DNA of 64,000 bases. Source: Nitrospirota bacterium. Its GTDB lineage: Bacteria > Nitrospirota > Thermodesulfovibrionia > UBA6902. The translations under genes were made by a program, and so were the position numbers. How positions within the stretch are numbered: the first letter of the stretch is position 1; every line of letters begins with the position of its first letter. Below the pieces are notes generated by a model. It was not told where the DNA came from. It made no database searches and saw nothing but the letters and a program-made list of their open reading frames with translations. The stretch covers positions 2,435-66,434 of the forward strand of contig PIVU01000001.1 of the NCBI GenBank assembly GCA_003354025.1. The letters are read 5' to 3'. This document shows positions 10,216 to 20,210 of the stretch, one piece after another.

Positions 10216-12468
10216 TTATTTTGAGTAATCAAAAGTTAAATTGCCTTCTATAAGATCAATGCGGACTGTCCCGCCCTTGATAAGGCTGCCGAATAAAACT
10301 TCTTCTGAAAGTGTGTCTTTAATCTCAGTCTGTATAAGCCTGCCGAGAGGTCGTGCACCAAATTTGGGATCAAATCCCTTTTCAGCAAGCCAGCTGCGGG
10401 CTTTGTCAGACAGTGTAATTTTCACTTTTTTCTGTCCAAGCTGGTTCTGGAGTTCATGAATGAATTTGTCTACTACTTTCTGCATTATTTCTGAAGACAG
10501 TGAATTAAATGTAATCGTAGAATCAAGTCTATTTCGGAACTCGGCGCTGAACAGCTTTTTAATCGCTTCGTTACCCTTTGACCTGGTGTCTCCGGTCCGG
10601 TCTCCGAAGCCGATTGTTTCTTTGTTCATTTCATTTGTTCCGGCGTTAGATGTCATAATCAGGATCACATTCCTGAAGTCGGCTTTTTTCCCGTTGTTGT
10701 CAGTGAGTGTTGCGTAGTCCATAACCTGCAGGAGAATGCTGAAGATATCGGGATGGGCCTTTTCAATTTCATCCATGAGAATAACACAATAAGGGTGTTT
10801 TCTCACCTCGTCCGTAAGGAGGCCGCCCTGGTCGAATCCAACGTAACCAGGAGGTGCTCCTATCAATCTTGCTACTGTGTGCTTTTCCATATATTCACTC
10901 ATGTCAAAACGAATGAATTTAATGCCGAGTACAGATGCAATTGTTTTTGAAACCTCTGTTTTTCCCACACCGGTGGGTCCGGTAAAGAGGAATGAGCCTA
11001 TTGGCTTTTCAGGTGACCCCAGTCCTGCCCGGGCTCTTTTGATTGAAGACGCGAGAGAGTGGATTGCTTCTTTCTGTCCGAAAACATTTCCCATTAATTC
11101 TTCTTCGAGTTTCTTTAATTTGTCAGTGTCAGATGTTGAGACATTGCGTTTGGGAATTCTTGCTATCTTTGCAATTATTGTTTCAATTTCTTTCTGGCCG
11201 ACTGTCTTTTTGCGGTCAAAAGAGGGTGAAAGTTTAAGCAGCGCCCCGGCTTCATCAATAACGTCTATAGCTTTATCAGGCAGGAATTTATCATTAATAT
11301 ATTTTGATGATAGATCTGAAGCTGTCTGAAGCGCTTTATCAGTATATTTCACTCCGTGATAATCTTCATAATATGACTTCAATCCCTTTAATATGTGAAA
11401 GGTCTCTTTTGAATCGGGTTCACTAATGTCAATTTTTTGAAAGCGCCTTGACAGTGCGCGGTCCTTTTCAAAGTAGTTCTTGTATTCCTCATAGGTGCTT
11501 GCTCCAATACAGCGAAGTCTGCCGGAGTTCAATAACGGTTTTAAAATGTTAGAGGCATCAAGAGAACCACCGCTGGTTGCACCGGCACCAACTATGGTGT
11601 GTATTTCATCAATAAACAGGATAGATCCCGGGACTTTTTCGAGATTTGTAATTGTTGCCTTGAGCCTGGCTTCAAAGTCACCCCTGTATTTAGTGCCTGC
11701 AAGCATACTTCCCATGTCCAGCAGGAATATTTTTGATTCCTTTAAAATATCAGGAACTTCCTGCTGATGTATTTTTAGAGCAAGTCCTTCAACAATGGCT
11801 GTTTTTCCTACTCCCGGCTCTCCGACGTAGATTACATTGTTTTTTCTGCGTCTGCTTAGGATCTGAATTGTTCTTGCTGTTTCCATGTCGCGGCCTACAA
11901 GGGGATCAATATCGCCGTCGGCTGCCATTTGAACAAGGTCGACAGTGAACTCTGTTATTGACTCCTTTTTTGTGCTTTCCTTTGTATCAGGCATCTCCCT
12001 GGTTTCTTCAGATGAATCAGTGAGCATGTCATTAACAGTTTTAGATACGCCGTGCGAAATATAGTTAAGAACGTCAAGCCGTGTAATTCCTTCAGAGTGC
12101 AGAAAATGAACGGCATGGGAGTCTTTTTCCTGGAAAATAGCGGACAGGATGTCTCCTGCATCGGCCTCAGGCTTCTCCGATGAACGTACATGATTTACTG
12201 CTGTCTGAAATACTCTTCTAAAGGCAATTGTAGGTTCCGGGTAGCTGTCTGTATCATCTGGATATTTAGGAGTATGTCTTTCAAAAAAACCTTCTAACAG
12301 GGCTTTAAGCTTTGCAATATTTCCACCGCAGTTAGTGATTATATCTATTCCCCATTCATCATGGAGGATTGCAAACATAATATGCTCAACAGTCAGATAT
12401 TCATGATGTCGGGATTCAGCATCGCGTATGGTAGCTTCAATTGATATTTCCAGTTCCTTGTTAATCAT
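10216..12468 (-). CDS. clpA: ATP-dependent Clp protease ATP-binding subunit ClpA.
   Basis: ClpA N-domain (MINKELEISIEATIRDAESRHHEYLTVEHI) and two AAA+ modules (GEPGVGKTAI, GPTGVGKTE). The start is taken at the MINKELEIS methionine, which overlaps the clpS stop. The ORF track extends 6 codons further, to 12486. Confidence 0.9.
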   Translation of the reverse strand: MINKELEISIEATIRDAESRHHEYLTVEHIMFAILHDEWGIDIITNCGGNIAKLKALLEGFFERHTPKYPDDTDSYPEPTIAFRRVFQTAVNHVRSSEKPEADAGDILSAIFQEKDSHAVHFLHSEGITRLDVLNYISHGVSKTVNDMLTDSSEETREMPDTKESTKKESITEFTVDLVQMAADGDIDPLVGRDMETARTIQILSRRRKNNVIYVGEPGVGKTAIVEGLALKIHQQEVPDILKESKIFLLDMGSMLAGTKYRGDFEARLKATITNLEKVPGSILFIDEIHTIVGAGATSGGSLDASNILKPLLNSGRLRCIGASTYEEYKNYFEKDRALSRRFQKIDISEPDSKETFHILKGLKSYYEDYHGVKYTDKALQTASDLSSKYINDKFLPDKAIDVIDEAGALLKLSPSFDRKKTVGQKEIETIIAKIARIPKRNVSTSDTDKLKKLEEELMGNVFGQKEAIHSLASSIKRARAGLGSPEKPIGSFLFTGPTGVGKTEVSKTIASVLGIKFIRFDMSEYMEKHTVARLIGAPPGYVGFDQGGLLTDEVRKHPYCVILMDEIEKAHPDIFSILLQVMDYATLTDNNGKKADFRNVILIMTSNAGTNEMNKETIGFGDRTGDTRSKGNEAIKKLFSAEFRNRLDSTITFNSLSSEIMQKVVDKFIHELQNQLGQKKVKITLSDKARSWLAEKGFDPKFGARPLGRLIQTEIKDTLSEEVLFGSLIKGGTVRIDLIEGNLTFDYSK

Positions 12469-12794
12469 TCCTTCTCCATGGTGCATTTTAGGGGGAACTC
12501 GTTTAGATTGGCAAGTTCATGAACTTTTGCCACTTTCGTTTCAGCAATTCCCCGTGTATAAATGCCTGCCAGCCCCTTTCCGTTTTTGTGTACATGCAGC
12601 ATTATTTGTGCTGCTTCAACCGATGGTTTACGAAAAACATTTTCCAGTATGTGTATTACAAACTCCATAGTTGTATAATCGTCATTAATTAAAAAAACCT
12701 TGAATAAAGGAGGGGGCTTTGTTTCCTGCTGCTCCTTTATTTCGAGGTCTTCCCCGGGATTTATGCCAAATTGTTCCATCATTTTATTAAGCAT
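12465..12794 (-). CDS. clpS: ClpS, the N-end-rule adaptor protein.
   Basis: PPLFKVFLINDDYTTMEFVIHILENVF...AAQIMLHVHKNGKGLAGIYTRGIAETK, the classic ClpS core. Confidence 0.9.
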   Translation of the reverse strand: MLNKMMEQFGINPGEDLEIKEQQETKPPPLFKVFLINDDYTTMEFVIHILENVFRKPSVEAAQIMLHVHKNGKGLAGIYTRGIAETKVAKVHELANLNEFPLKCTMEKE

Positions 12795-12906
12795 ATTTTA
12801 ACCTGAATTGTAAGTTAAAGAAAGGATGAGGCAGGACAGCGCACAAATGTCCTTAATCCTAATAGGTTGAATGCTGTAACTGTAGGTTGCTGCTGTATTC
12901 CGATTG

Positions 12907-13260
12907 CTAGTTAACCACTATAACTACCCACGCATCTTTAGAGCCGAAAGGTGTTGCAACTGACAATGCGACCGCATAAGTGCCCCTGGAACTGAATGTG
13001 TGTGAAGCAGTTACTCCGTCGGACTTTGCACCATCATTAAAATCCCATGAGAAAGAGAGTTTGTCTCCATAATGGTAGAGGAACTCACTTGCATCAAAGG
13101 ATACTGTCAGAGGCGCGGATCCAAAAGACGGTGTAGCTGAAACTTCAGCCAGGGCTTCTAATGCTACTGGTATTTTGGTCTCGGTATTTTCGGCAGGCGC
13201 AATGGTAATTATACCGAATAAGAATACAGTAAGGGATAAAATCACACTCTTTTTAATCAT
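12907..13260 (-). CDS. Small secreted PKD-domain protein.
   Basis: An N-terminal signal peptide followed by the PKD motif PLTVSFDASEF...WDFNDGAKSDGVTASHTFSSRGTYAVAL. Confidence 0.55.
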   Translation of the reverse strand: MIKKSVILSLTVFLFGIITIAPAENTETKIPVALEALAEVSATPSFGSAPLTVSFDASEFLYHYGDKLSFSWDFNDGAKSDGVTASHTFSSRGTYAVALSVATPFGSKDAWVVIVVN

Positions 13261-13395
13261 ATCAACCCCCTGTGAGTGTTTTGATTATAGTTGCTGAAAC
13301 TTCATTAATCCAATAAGAAATACTTATTTAATGTTTAGTTGTTCTGAATTGAGCAGCTAATTGAAAAGGAGTGGATAATGCTGCTGCAGTGAAAA

Positions 13396-14319
13396 TTAAG
13401 AATCCAGTTCTTTAATCACTTCCCGCGTGGTTTCTATGTCTTTTTGAAGTTGTGATGCTAATGCTTCTATAGAGGGAAATTTCAGTTCGTCCCTGATTCG
13501 CTTCACAAATAATACTCTAATAATTTTACCCACAAGATCTCCATCAAAGTCCAGTATATGTGTTTCAAAACTAAAAGCCTGATGATCGAAGGTAGGATTG
13601 TAACCGACGTTTGCCGCTCCGGTATACTGCTTCCCCTCTAACTCAACTTTGACGGCATAGACACCGTTTTTAGGAAGAAGCTCATTAATGGTTGAAAGGT
13701 TTGCAGTGGGGGTGTTCAGGAGCTTTTTGCCTCTCTTTGCTCCTTCAACAACTACACCTTCAACGGAATAGAGTCGCCCGAGATACTTAGATGCTTCGTC
13801 TACTTTCCCCTCTGCCACAATCTTTCTGATCATAGAACTGCTTATTGTTAAACTGCCTGATGTTATCTCATCTACGACTGTAACGGTAAAACCGCAGTCC
13901 TTCCCCAGTCTTCTTAACAGATCTGGTGAACCTTCTCTGCCCTTCCCAAAATAGTAGTTGGCGCCGATGAAAATTTCTTTTGCTTTTATAGCCTTGCAAA
14001 GGACGTTTCTTACAAAGCTCTCGGCTGATATATTTGCAAATTTATTTGTAAATTTTGTGCAGATGACAACATCAATACCGTATTTTTTTATAAGATCGAT
14101 TTTGTCTTTATAATTTGTGAGCAACCTTGGCGCTGTTTTAGGGGATATGATCTTCAGAGGATGAGGAATAAAAGTAAACACAATTGGAGTCCCTGATTTT
14201 TCTGCAGCACGGTCTATGATCGTTTTAAACAATGTCTGATGGCCGAGATGAACACCGTCAAAATTGCCAAGCGTTAATACTGGGTAGGGGAAGTCATCTT
14301 TTTTATCAGAGTGTTTCAA
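13396..14319 (-). CDS. ribF: Bifunctional riboflavin kinase / FAD synthetase.
   Basis: LGNFDGVHLGHQ nucleotidyltransferase motif and a C-terminal riboflavin kinase domain. Confidence 0.9.
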   Translation of the reverse strand: MKHSDKKDDFPYPVLTLGNFDGVHLGHQTLFKTIIDRAAEKSGTPIVFTFIPHPLKIISPKTAPRLLTNYKDKIDLIKKYGIDVVICTKFTNKFANISAESFVRNVLCKAIKAKEIFIGANYYFGKGREGSPDLLRRLGKDCGFTVTVVDEITSGSLTISSSMIRKIVAEGKVDEASKYLGRLYSVEGVVVEGAKRGKKLLNTPTANLSTINELLPKNGVYAVKVELEGKQYTGAANVGYNPTFDHQAFSFETHILDFDGDLVGKIIRVLFVKRIRDELKFPSIEALASQLQKDIETTREVIKELDS

Positions 14320-14632
14320 TAAAATGCCTCATTTGTGTAGTGATATTATTCTAATTATACAGGCACATTCATAGCTAGTTAGGTGTATGTTATCTATAAT
14401 GGCAAATATATTTGATTATAAACATTCAGTAAACCATGAAAGTACATAACCTATTTAATGGTATGACTATAATATAATATTGTCAATGATTACGGCAATG
14501 TGTGTTTAGTTGTTTTACAGTTGATTGTAAAAATAATATAAGTTATAATAGTTAACCGGATTTAGATACGATTCTTTCTTTTACGTATTTAACATTCTTT
14601 TTTTGTATTCCTCCTAAAGGGAGCGGCATACT

Positions 14633-16213
14633 ATGTCAAAATCAAAATTATCCATTTTAGTAGCAGACAACAGCCGTCCCAGCTTCGAGCTCATCAAAAC
14701 TACCTTAATCAGCGACGAAAACATGAAGTATGAAATTGATGCTGCTGCGTCAAGCAAGGATGCCCTTGAAAAGGCATCTGGAAATAATATAGATCTTGTG
14801 CTGGTTAATCAGAAGCGTTCCGGCACTGACGGTATTAAAATGCTTCAGGATATCATTAAGAAGAAACTTGGTGTTCCCGTCATAATGATAGTAGCTGAAG
14901 GTGAAGAGAAACTTGGCGTCAAGGCCATGGACAAGGGCGCATATGATTTCCTTACGAAAGACGAAGTCAAGACTGTTGCGTTGGGACGTGCTATACGCAG
15001 AGTGATGCAGAGACGCAAACTTGAGAGTGATATCAAGGAGTCTCTTAATAAACTGGAAAAACTTGCTATTAAGGACGGACTTACAGGACTTTACAATCAA
15101 CACCATTTTAAGGAAGTCATTTCAAGGGAGTACAAGAAAGCAAAGAGATATATGCAGTCATTGTCCTGTATTATGCTGGACCTTGACCACTTTAAATTAG
15201 TTAATGATACTCATGGCCATCAATTTGGGGATGAAGTACTTATACAGGCCGCAGAAATCCTCAATAGGCTTGTCAGGGACACTGACTTTGTGGCCCGTTA
15301 CGGCGGTGAAGAATTTTTTATCGTGCTTCCTAATACAAACCTGAAAGGCGCTCATATTCTTGCTGAAAGAATACGATCTGCTTTTGCAGACCACATCTTT
15401 AAGAAAGAAGGTATTTCTGAAAAGGTTACGGTAAGTGTTGGTGTGTCTGCCAGGTCTGACGAAAACGTTGTTAGTGAGAATGAACTGATTGCAAATGCTG
15501 ACAAGTCGCTGTACCGTGCAAAGTGGCGGGGAAGAAATAATGTGTGCACATATGAAGAATCAGAAATTGAAGCAACTCCGGGTTTAAGAGAAGAAGTGAA
15601 AAAAATAGAGAATTTTGATGACAAACTGAAGGACCTTAATGACAATATAAAAGACAATTGTATTGAATCGGCGCATGATATACTTCGTGAAATTGAAAAG
15701 GGATGGGACTATATAAACGAGCACTCCATCAGGGTAAGCCGTTATGCAGAGCAGCTGACTAAGGCATTAATGTTGTCAGACGATGAGATAAAAATAGTCA
15801 GGCGGGCTGCCTTGCTTCATGATATAGGGATGGTAGGAGTCAGCTCAAAAATTCTGAAAAAGAAGACAAAGCTGTCAGGTGATGAATATGAAGTGGTCAA
15901 AAAGCACTCTAATATTGGTGTAAAGATAATCAAGAAAACCAACCTTTTTGATAATGAACTTCCCTTAATACTCTATCATCATGAACGCTATGACGGGAAT
16001 GGATATCCCCATCAGCTAAAGGGGGATACGATACCATATGGGGCACGCATACTTTCTGTTGTTGAAGCCTATGATGCCATGATGAATAATACGATTTACC
16101 GTAAAGCTTATTCCAGCAAGGAAGCTGTTGCTGAACTCAGGGAGTGTTCAGGCTCCCAGTTTGATCCGAAAGTAGTAGATGCTTTTATAAAAGTCATTAA
16201 CAAGTCCAACTGA
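14633..16213 (+). CDS. Three-domain c-di-GMP enzyme: a degenerate REC domain, a GGDEF domain with an intact GGEEF motif, and an HD-GYP domain.
   Basis: REC fold with DN and an Asn at the phospho-acceptor position (LVLVNQ). GGDEF domain with the RDTD I-site and RYGGEEF. C-terminal HD...HHERYDGNGYP. Confidence 0.75.
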   Translation: MSKSKLSILVADNSRPSFELIKTTLISDENMKYEIDAAASSKDALEKASGNNIDLVLVNQKRSGTDGIKMLQDIIKKKLGVPVIMIVAEGEEKLGVKAMDKGAYDFLTKDEVKTVALGRAIRRVMQRRKLESDIKESLNKLEKLAIKDGLTGLYNQHHFKEVISREYKKAKRYMQSLSCIMLDLDHFKLVNDTHGHQFGDEVLIQAAEILNRLVRDTDFVARYGGEEFFIVLPNTNLKGAHILAERIRSAFADHIFKKEGISEKVTVSVGVSARSDENVVSENELIANADKSLYRAKWRGRNNVCTYEESEIEATPGLREEVKKIENFDDKLKDLNDNIKDNCIESAHDILREIEKGWDYINEHSIRVSRYAEQLTKALMLSDDEIKIVRRAALLHDIGMVGVSSKILKKKTKLSGDEYEVVKKHSNIGVKIIKKTNLFDNELPLILYHHERYDGNGYPHQLKGDTIPYGARILSVVEAYDAMMNNTIYRKAYSSKEAVAELRECSGSQFDPKVVDAFIKVINKSN

Positions 16214-16346
16214 ATACCTCCAGAAGACCGAGACATATTTAACAATCCCCATCAACCCTGGCCTGGGTCAAAACCTTGTATTGTTATGAATGAGACATTA
16301 TAATCAAATTAGTACAAGTAAATTGATCAGGAAAAAGGATGACTGT

Positions 16347-16922
16347 ATGAAAGTATTGGCATTTAATGGAAGCCCCCGCAAGAACGGTAATACTGAAATA
16401 TTGCTAAAGGAGACAGTCCGGGGAATTGAAGATTCCGGATCTTCAGTTGATGTTTTACAATTGAATTTAATGAATATAAAACCCTGCCAGGATTGCGGGA
16501 ACTGTAATGAAACTGGCAAATGTATATTTGAAGATGATATGGGTAAAGTTTACACTGCAATCCGGAATGCGGACCGAATCATACTTGCATCGCCGATATT
16601 CTTTTTTGCGTTGAGCGCCCAGGCCAAACTAATGATTGACAGATGTCAGAGTTTGTGGTGTGAAAAGTATCTTATGAATAAACCGGTTGAGAAGGGGCCA
16701 TATGGCAGAAAGGGCCTGCTGCTGCTCGTGGGAGGTATGAAGAAAGATGTGGGTGTGCAGTGCTCCGAAGCATGCGCAAAAGCTTTTTTCAGGACAGTCA
16801 GTGTTCCTGAACACGAGATGCTGTTCTACCTGAATATTGATGCAAAAGGTGATATCAGCAAACATCCTTCAGCTCTTCATGAAGCATATGAAGCCGGCAG
16901 GAAGCTTGTATTAAAGGACTAA
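16347..16922 (+). CDS. Iron-sulfur flavoprotein (Isf) / NADPH-dependent FMN reductase family protein.
   Basis: MKVLAFNGSPRKNGNT flavodoxin-like N-terminus and the compact CQDCGNCNETGKC cysteine cluster. The start is taken at the internal MKVLAF methionine rather than the ORF-track start at 16290. Confidence 0.65.
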   Translation: MKVLAFNGSPRKNGNTEILLKETVRGIEDSGSSVDVLQLNLMNIKPCQDCGNCNETGKCIFEDDMGKVYTAIRNADRIILASPIFFFALSAQAKLMIDRCQSLWCEKYLMNKPVEKGPYGRKGLLLLVGGMKKDVGVQCSEACAKAFFRTVSVPEHEMLFYLNIDAKGDISKHPSALHEAYEAGRKLVLKD

Positions 16923-16923
16923 C

Positions 16924-18015
16924 TCAACTCTTTTTTTGAAGGACACTTCCCTTTAACTGGCCGCAGGCTGCCGCAATGTCAGCGCCTTTACTCTTTCGTA
17001 CAATTGCGGCGATTCCAGCTTTATTCAGGACCTCTGTAAATAATAGAATCTGCTGCTCCAGGGGCTTATTCAGTTTTACAGAAATATTGTCCTTGCCATT
17101 AATGCCCGGAGCTGAAGCTGAAGGATTGTAAGGGATCAGGTTTACTTTTGATTTTACTCCTCCTATTAGACGTACAAGCCGGGAGGCGTCCTCTTTTGTA
17201 TCATTGATTCCCCTGAGCATAACGTACTCAAATGTAATGCTTCTGTATGGCTGTAGAGGGTAGTTTTTGCAGGCATTAATAAGTTTTTTAAGAGGGTATT
17301 TTTTGTTGACGGGCATGATCATGTCTCTTGTTTCATCCATAGTTGCATTCAGAGACACTGCCAGGTTAACCCCAGGGCCATGGTCGGCCAGTTTGCTGAA
17401 TCCCGGTAAGACACCCGATGTTGATACCGTAATCCGCCTCTTTGAAAACCCCATGGGTCCTGTGAGTATCCATAGGGCCCTGTTGACTTCATCGAAATTC
17501 ATGAAGGGCTCTCCCATGCCCATAAAAACGATATTCGTAATAGAAGGGGAGGCGCTGTCGGAAGTTGATTTGATATGTTTTTTAACCGCAAGAACCTGGT
17601 CGTAGATTTCGTATGCTTTAAGGTTTCTTTTCAGACCCATTGAGCCGGTTATACAAAAACGGCAGCCCATTGCACATCCAACCTGTGAAGATATACAAAG
17701 TGTAAAACAGTGTTCACCAAGGCTATTCGGAATCAGCACACTCTCTATCTCTTCACCATCTTCCAGTTCAAAAAGAAATTTTAATGTGCCGTCCTTTGAT
17801 GTCTGCTTTTTTTTCATGAAAAGATTGCTTATAAATGCTACGTTTTTTAATTCTTCCCTGAACTCGACGGAAAGATCTGTCATATCATCAAAAGACCCGG
17901 CGATGTTTGTATATATCCATTTTAAAATCTGCCTGGCCCTGTAAGGCTTATGTCCCATGCCAAGGACCGCTTTCAGAATTATATTGTCAGATGCTGCTTT
18001 AAAGTTTATCTTCAT
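16924..18015 (-). CDS. rlmN: Radical-SAM 23S rRNA (adenine2503-C2)-methyltransferase.
   Basis: CISSQVGCAMGCRFCITG radical-SAM motif, plus the C-terminal GADIAAACGQL region of the RlmN/Cfr family. Confidence 0.85.
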   Translation of the reverse strand: MKINFKAASDNIILKAVLGMGHKPYRARQILKWIYTNIAGSFDDMTDLSVEFREELKNVAFISNLFMKKKQTSKDGTLKFLFELEDGEEIESVLIPNSLGEHCFTLCISSQVGCAMGCRFCITGSMGLKRNLKAYEIYDQVLAVKKHIKSTSDSASPSITNIVFMGMGEPFMNFDEVNRALWILTGPMGFSKRRITVSTSGVLPGFSKLADHGPGVNLAVSLNATMDETRDMIMPVNKKYPLKKLINACKNYPLQPYRSITFEYVMLRGINDTKEDASRLVRLIGGVKSKVNLIPYNPSASAPGINGKDNISVKLNKPLEQQILLFTEVLNKAGIAAIVRKSKGADIAAACGQLKGSVLQKKS

Positions 18016-18167
18016 AATTGCCGATATATTATATCTAAGGACAGGGAGATTTATCTCAGGCGTTTATATAAAGTAAGACTTGACAAATATTAATTCAAAA
18101 GAGATACTTTACTGATTATAAGGATATTTTTTATCAAAGGTTATAATAATTAATAATCGTACATAAT

Positions 18168-18554
18168 ATGGAAATGATTAAAAAAATATTAATAGTTGAT
18201 GACTCGCCGATTGCAAGAAAAATGCTCAAGAGCTGCCTGCCTAAGGACAGGGGGTTTGAATTTCATGAGGCCGGAAACGGTAAAGAGGGTTTTGATAAAT
18301 ATGTTGAATTACGACCTGATGTGACATTTATGGATCTTACCATGCCTGTAATGACAGGTTATGAGGCTATTGACGAAATCATTGGCCATGATAAAAGTGC
18401 TCTTATAATAGTTGTGACCGCTGATATTCAAATGAAATCAATAAAGAAAGTATTGGACTCAGGCGCTTATATGGTCTTGAAAAAGCCGCTTAAAAGAGAG
18501 GAAATTAGTTCCGCGCTTGTAAAAGCAGAGGACACATTGCAAAAAGCTAATTAA
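18168..18554 (+). CDS. Single-domain CheY-like response regulator.
   Basis: LIVDDS...FMDLTMPVMTG...VVTAD...KKP, a canonical receiver domain. Confidence 0.8.
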   Translation: MEMIKKILIVDDSPIARKMLKSCLPKDRGFEFHEAGNGKEGFDKYVELRPDVTFMDLTMPVMTGYEAIDEIIGHDKSALIIVVTADIQMKSIKKVLDSGAYMVLKKPLKREEISSALVKAEDTLQKAN

Positions 18555-19198
18555 TGACTATGCAAAAAGAACAGATATTAACTAGTGAAGAAATTGAGAT
18601 CTTACAGGAGCTGATGAATATTGCCTTTGGTCAGTCAGCAGCTGACCTTGCCGAGGTTATTGATACGCAGGTAGTGTTAAGTGTTCCCTTTATCAAACTT
18701 ATGCAGGTAGCAGATCTTCCAGAGTATTTCAAAAACCATGTAAAAGATTATAAGAACATTAATCTGGTAGAACAGAAATTCTGGGGCAGGTTTAAAGGTG
18801 ATGCTCTGCTTGTATTTTCTTCAGGAGCTGGGAAAGAGCTGATTACACTATTGAAGCACGATGAGGAAGTCAGCCTTGAATCCGACCCGGTGGACATCCT
18901 TGAGCGGGAAACACTAATGGAAGTAGGAAATATATTAATAGGGGCCTGTGTTGGAAAAATAGCTGAATTATTACAAGACGTTGTTACCTATACTCCTCCG
19001 ATGGTGGCCGTTGAAAAGGGATATCAGGAGGCAATCTCCGGGGGCCGTTATGATCCTGAATGTACAGCGATAGTGCTTAAAACGGATTTCTGTTTTGAGG
19101 AGGGGGACGTCACCGGTTTTCTCTTTCTGGTTACGAGCAATGATTCAGGCACATGGTTGCGGGAAGCTCTCAAGTTGTTCATCGAACAGTACGAATAA
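18554..19198 (+). CDS. CheC/CheX-family CheY-P phosphatase.
   Basis: Two copies of the CheC signature ExxN-x22-P (QELMN...x22...P and MEVGN...x22...P). The start overlaps the upstream cheY-like stop by one base. Confidence 0.65.
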   Translation: MTMQKEQILTSEEIEILQELMNIAFGQSAADLAEVIDTQVVLSVPFIKLMQVADLPEYFKNHVKDYKNINLVEQKFWGRFKGDALLVFSSGAGKELITLLKHDEEVSLESDPVDILERETLMEVGNILIGACVGKIAELLQDVVTYTPPMVAVEKGYQEAISGGRYDPECTAIVLKTDFCFEEGDVTGFLFLVTSNDSGTWLREALKLFIEQYE

Positions 19199-19205
19199 GT
19201 GACGA

Positions 19206-20105
19206 ATGATACTAAATCAGTTTTTTGATGCGCTCAATTTAGGGGTTTTAATACTCGATAGAGATCTTAAGGTCTATAAGTGGAACCGCTGGATGGAGAT
19301 TCACTCCGGTATATCTGCCGCTAAAATTCATAACACACCTATTTTTGAAGTCTTTCCCGGACTTAACACTCCGAAGTTTAACCGAAGCTGTAAATCTGTT
19401 TTTAAATTCGGCAATCTCTGTTTTTTTTCACAGAAGCTGCATCATTATCTTTTCCCGTTTAAATCGACTGCATACTCCGGACATGAATTTGAATTTATGC
19501 AGCAGAGTTGTGCGATGGGACCTCTGAGGAATGATAACAATGAGGTTGAATATCTTTACATTTATATCCAGGATGTAACGGAAGTTGCAGTATATGAACA
19601 GAAGCTTGTTGAACTGAATATGAAGGACGGGCTTACTGGAGTATATAACAGGCGTTTCCTGGAGAAGAAACTGAAAGAAGAGGTTGAGAGACACAGGAGG
19701 TATACAGGCGATTTCAGCGTAGTATTATTTGATATAGACCATTTCAAGAGAGTAAATGACGACTACGGCCATCAATGCGGTGATTTTATCCTGAAATCGG
19801 TAAGTTCAAGAATAGATTCCATTATCAGAAACGTAGATTACCTTGCCCGTTACGGCGGTGAAGAGTTTTGCTGCCTTCTTCCTCAAACTCCCCTTAAATT
19901 TGCTGCAAAAGTTGCTGAGAGGTTTCGCGTGGTAATTATGGATCAGGAGCATAATTACGACAATAAGATTATCAACGTTAGGATAAGTCTTGGGGTTTCA
20001 GCTTTACAAAGTGACATTACTACTGCCGATGAAATGATAAAAAGGGCAGACGAAGCACTGTACAGGGCAAAGGATGGGGGACGCAACAGAGTTGAAACTA
20101 TATAG
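19206..20105 (+). CDS. PAS-GGDEF diguanylate cyclase.
   Basis: N-terminal PAS-like fold (GVLILDRDLKVYKWNRWMEIHSG...YIQDVTE). GGDEF domain with RYGGEEF. Confidence 0.75.
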   Translation: MILNQFFDALNLGVLILDRDLKVYKWNRWMEIHSGISAAKIHNTPIFEVFPGLNTPKFNRSCKSVFKFGNLCFFSQKLHHYLFPFKSTAYSGHEFEFMQQSCAMGPLRNDNNEVEYLYIYIQDVTEVAVYEQKLVELNMKDGLTGVYNRRFLEKKLKEEVERHRRYTGDFSVVLFDIDHFKRVNDDYGHQCGDFILKSVSSRIDSIIRNVDYLARYGGEEFCCLLPQTPLKFAAKVAERFRVVIMDQEHNYDNKIINVRISLGVSALQSDITTADEMIKRADEALYRAKDGGRNRVETI

Positions 20106-20210
20106 CAGTATTTCCTCGTTACTATTCTTCAGATAACAGCAATCAAATTAATTATATAATCTCGCTGTCAAAGTGTTGACGTTGATATATTATTATGGCA
20201 AGATAGTCAT

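Noticed and set aside
16290-16346. N-terminal extension (MRHYNQISTSKLIRKKDDC) of the Isf-like flavoprotein in the ORF track.
   Set aside because: The flavodoxin-like fold begins at MKVLAFNGS. The extension has no counterpart in this family and places the start in promoter-like AT-rich DNA.
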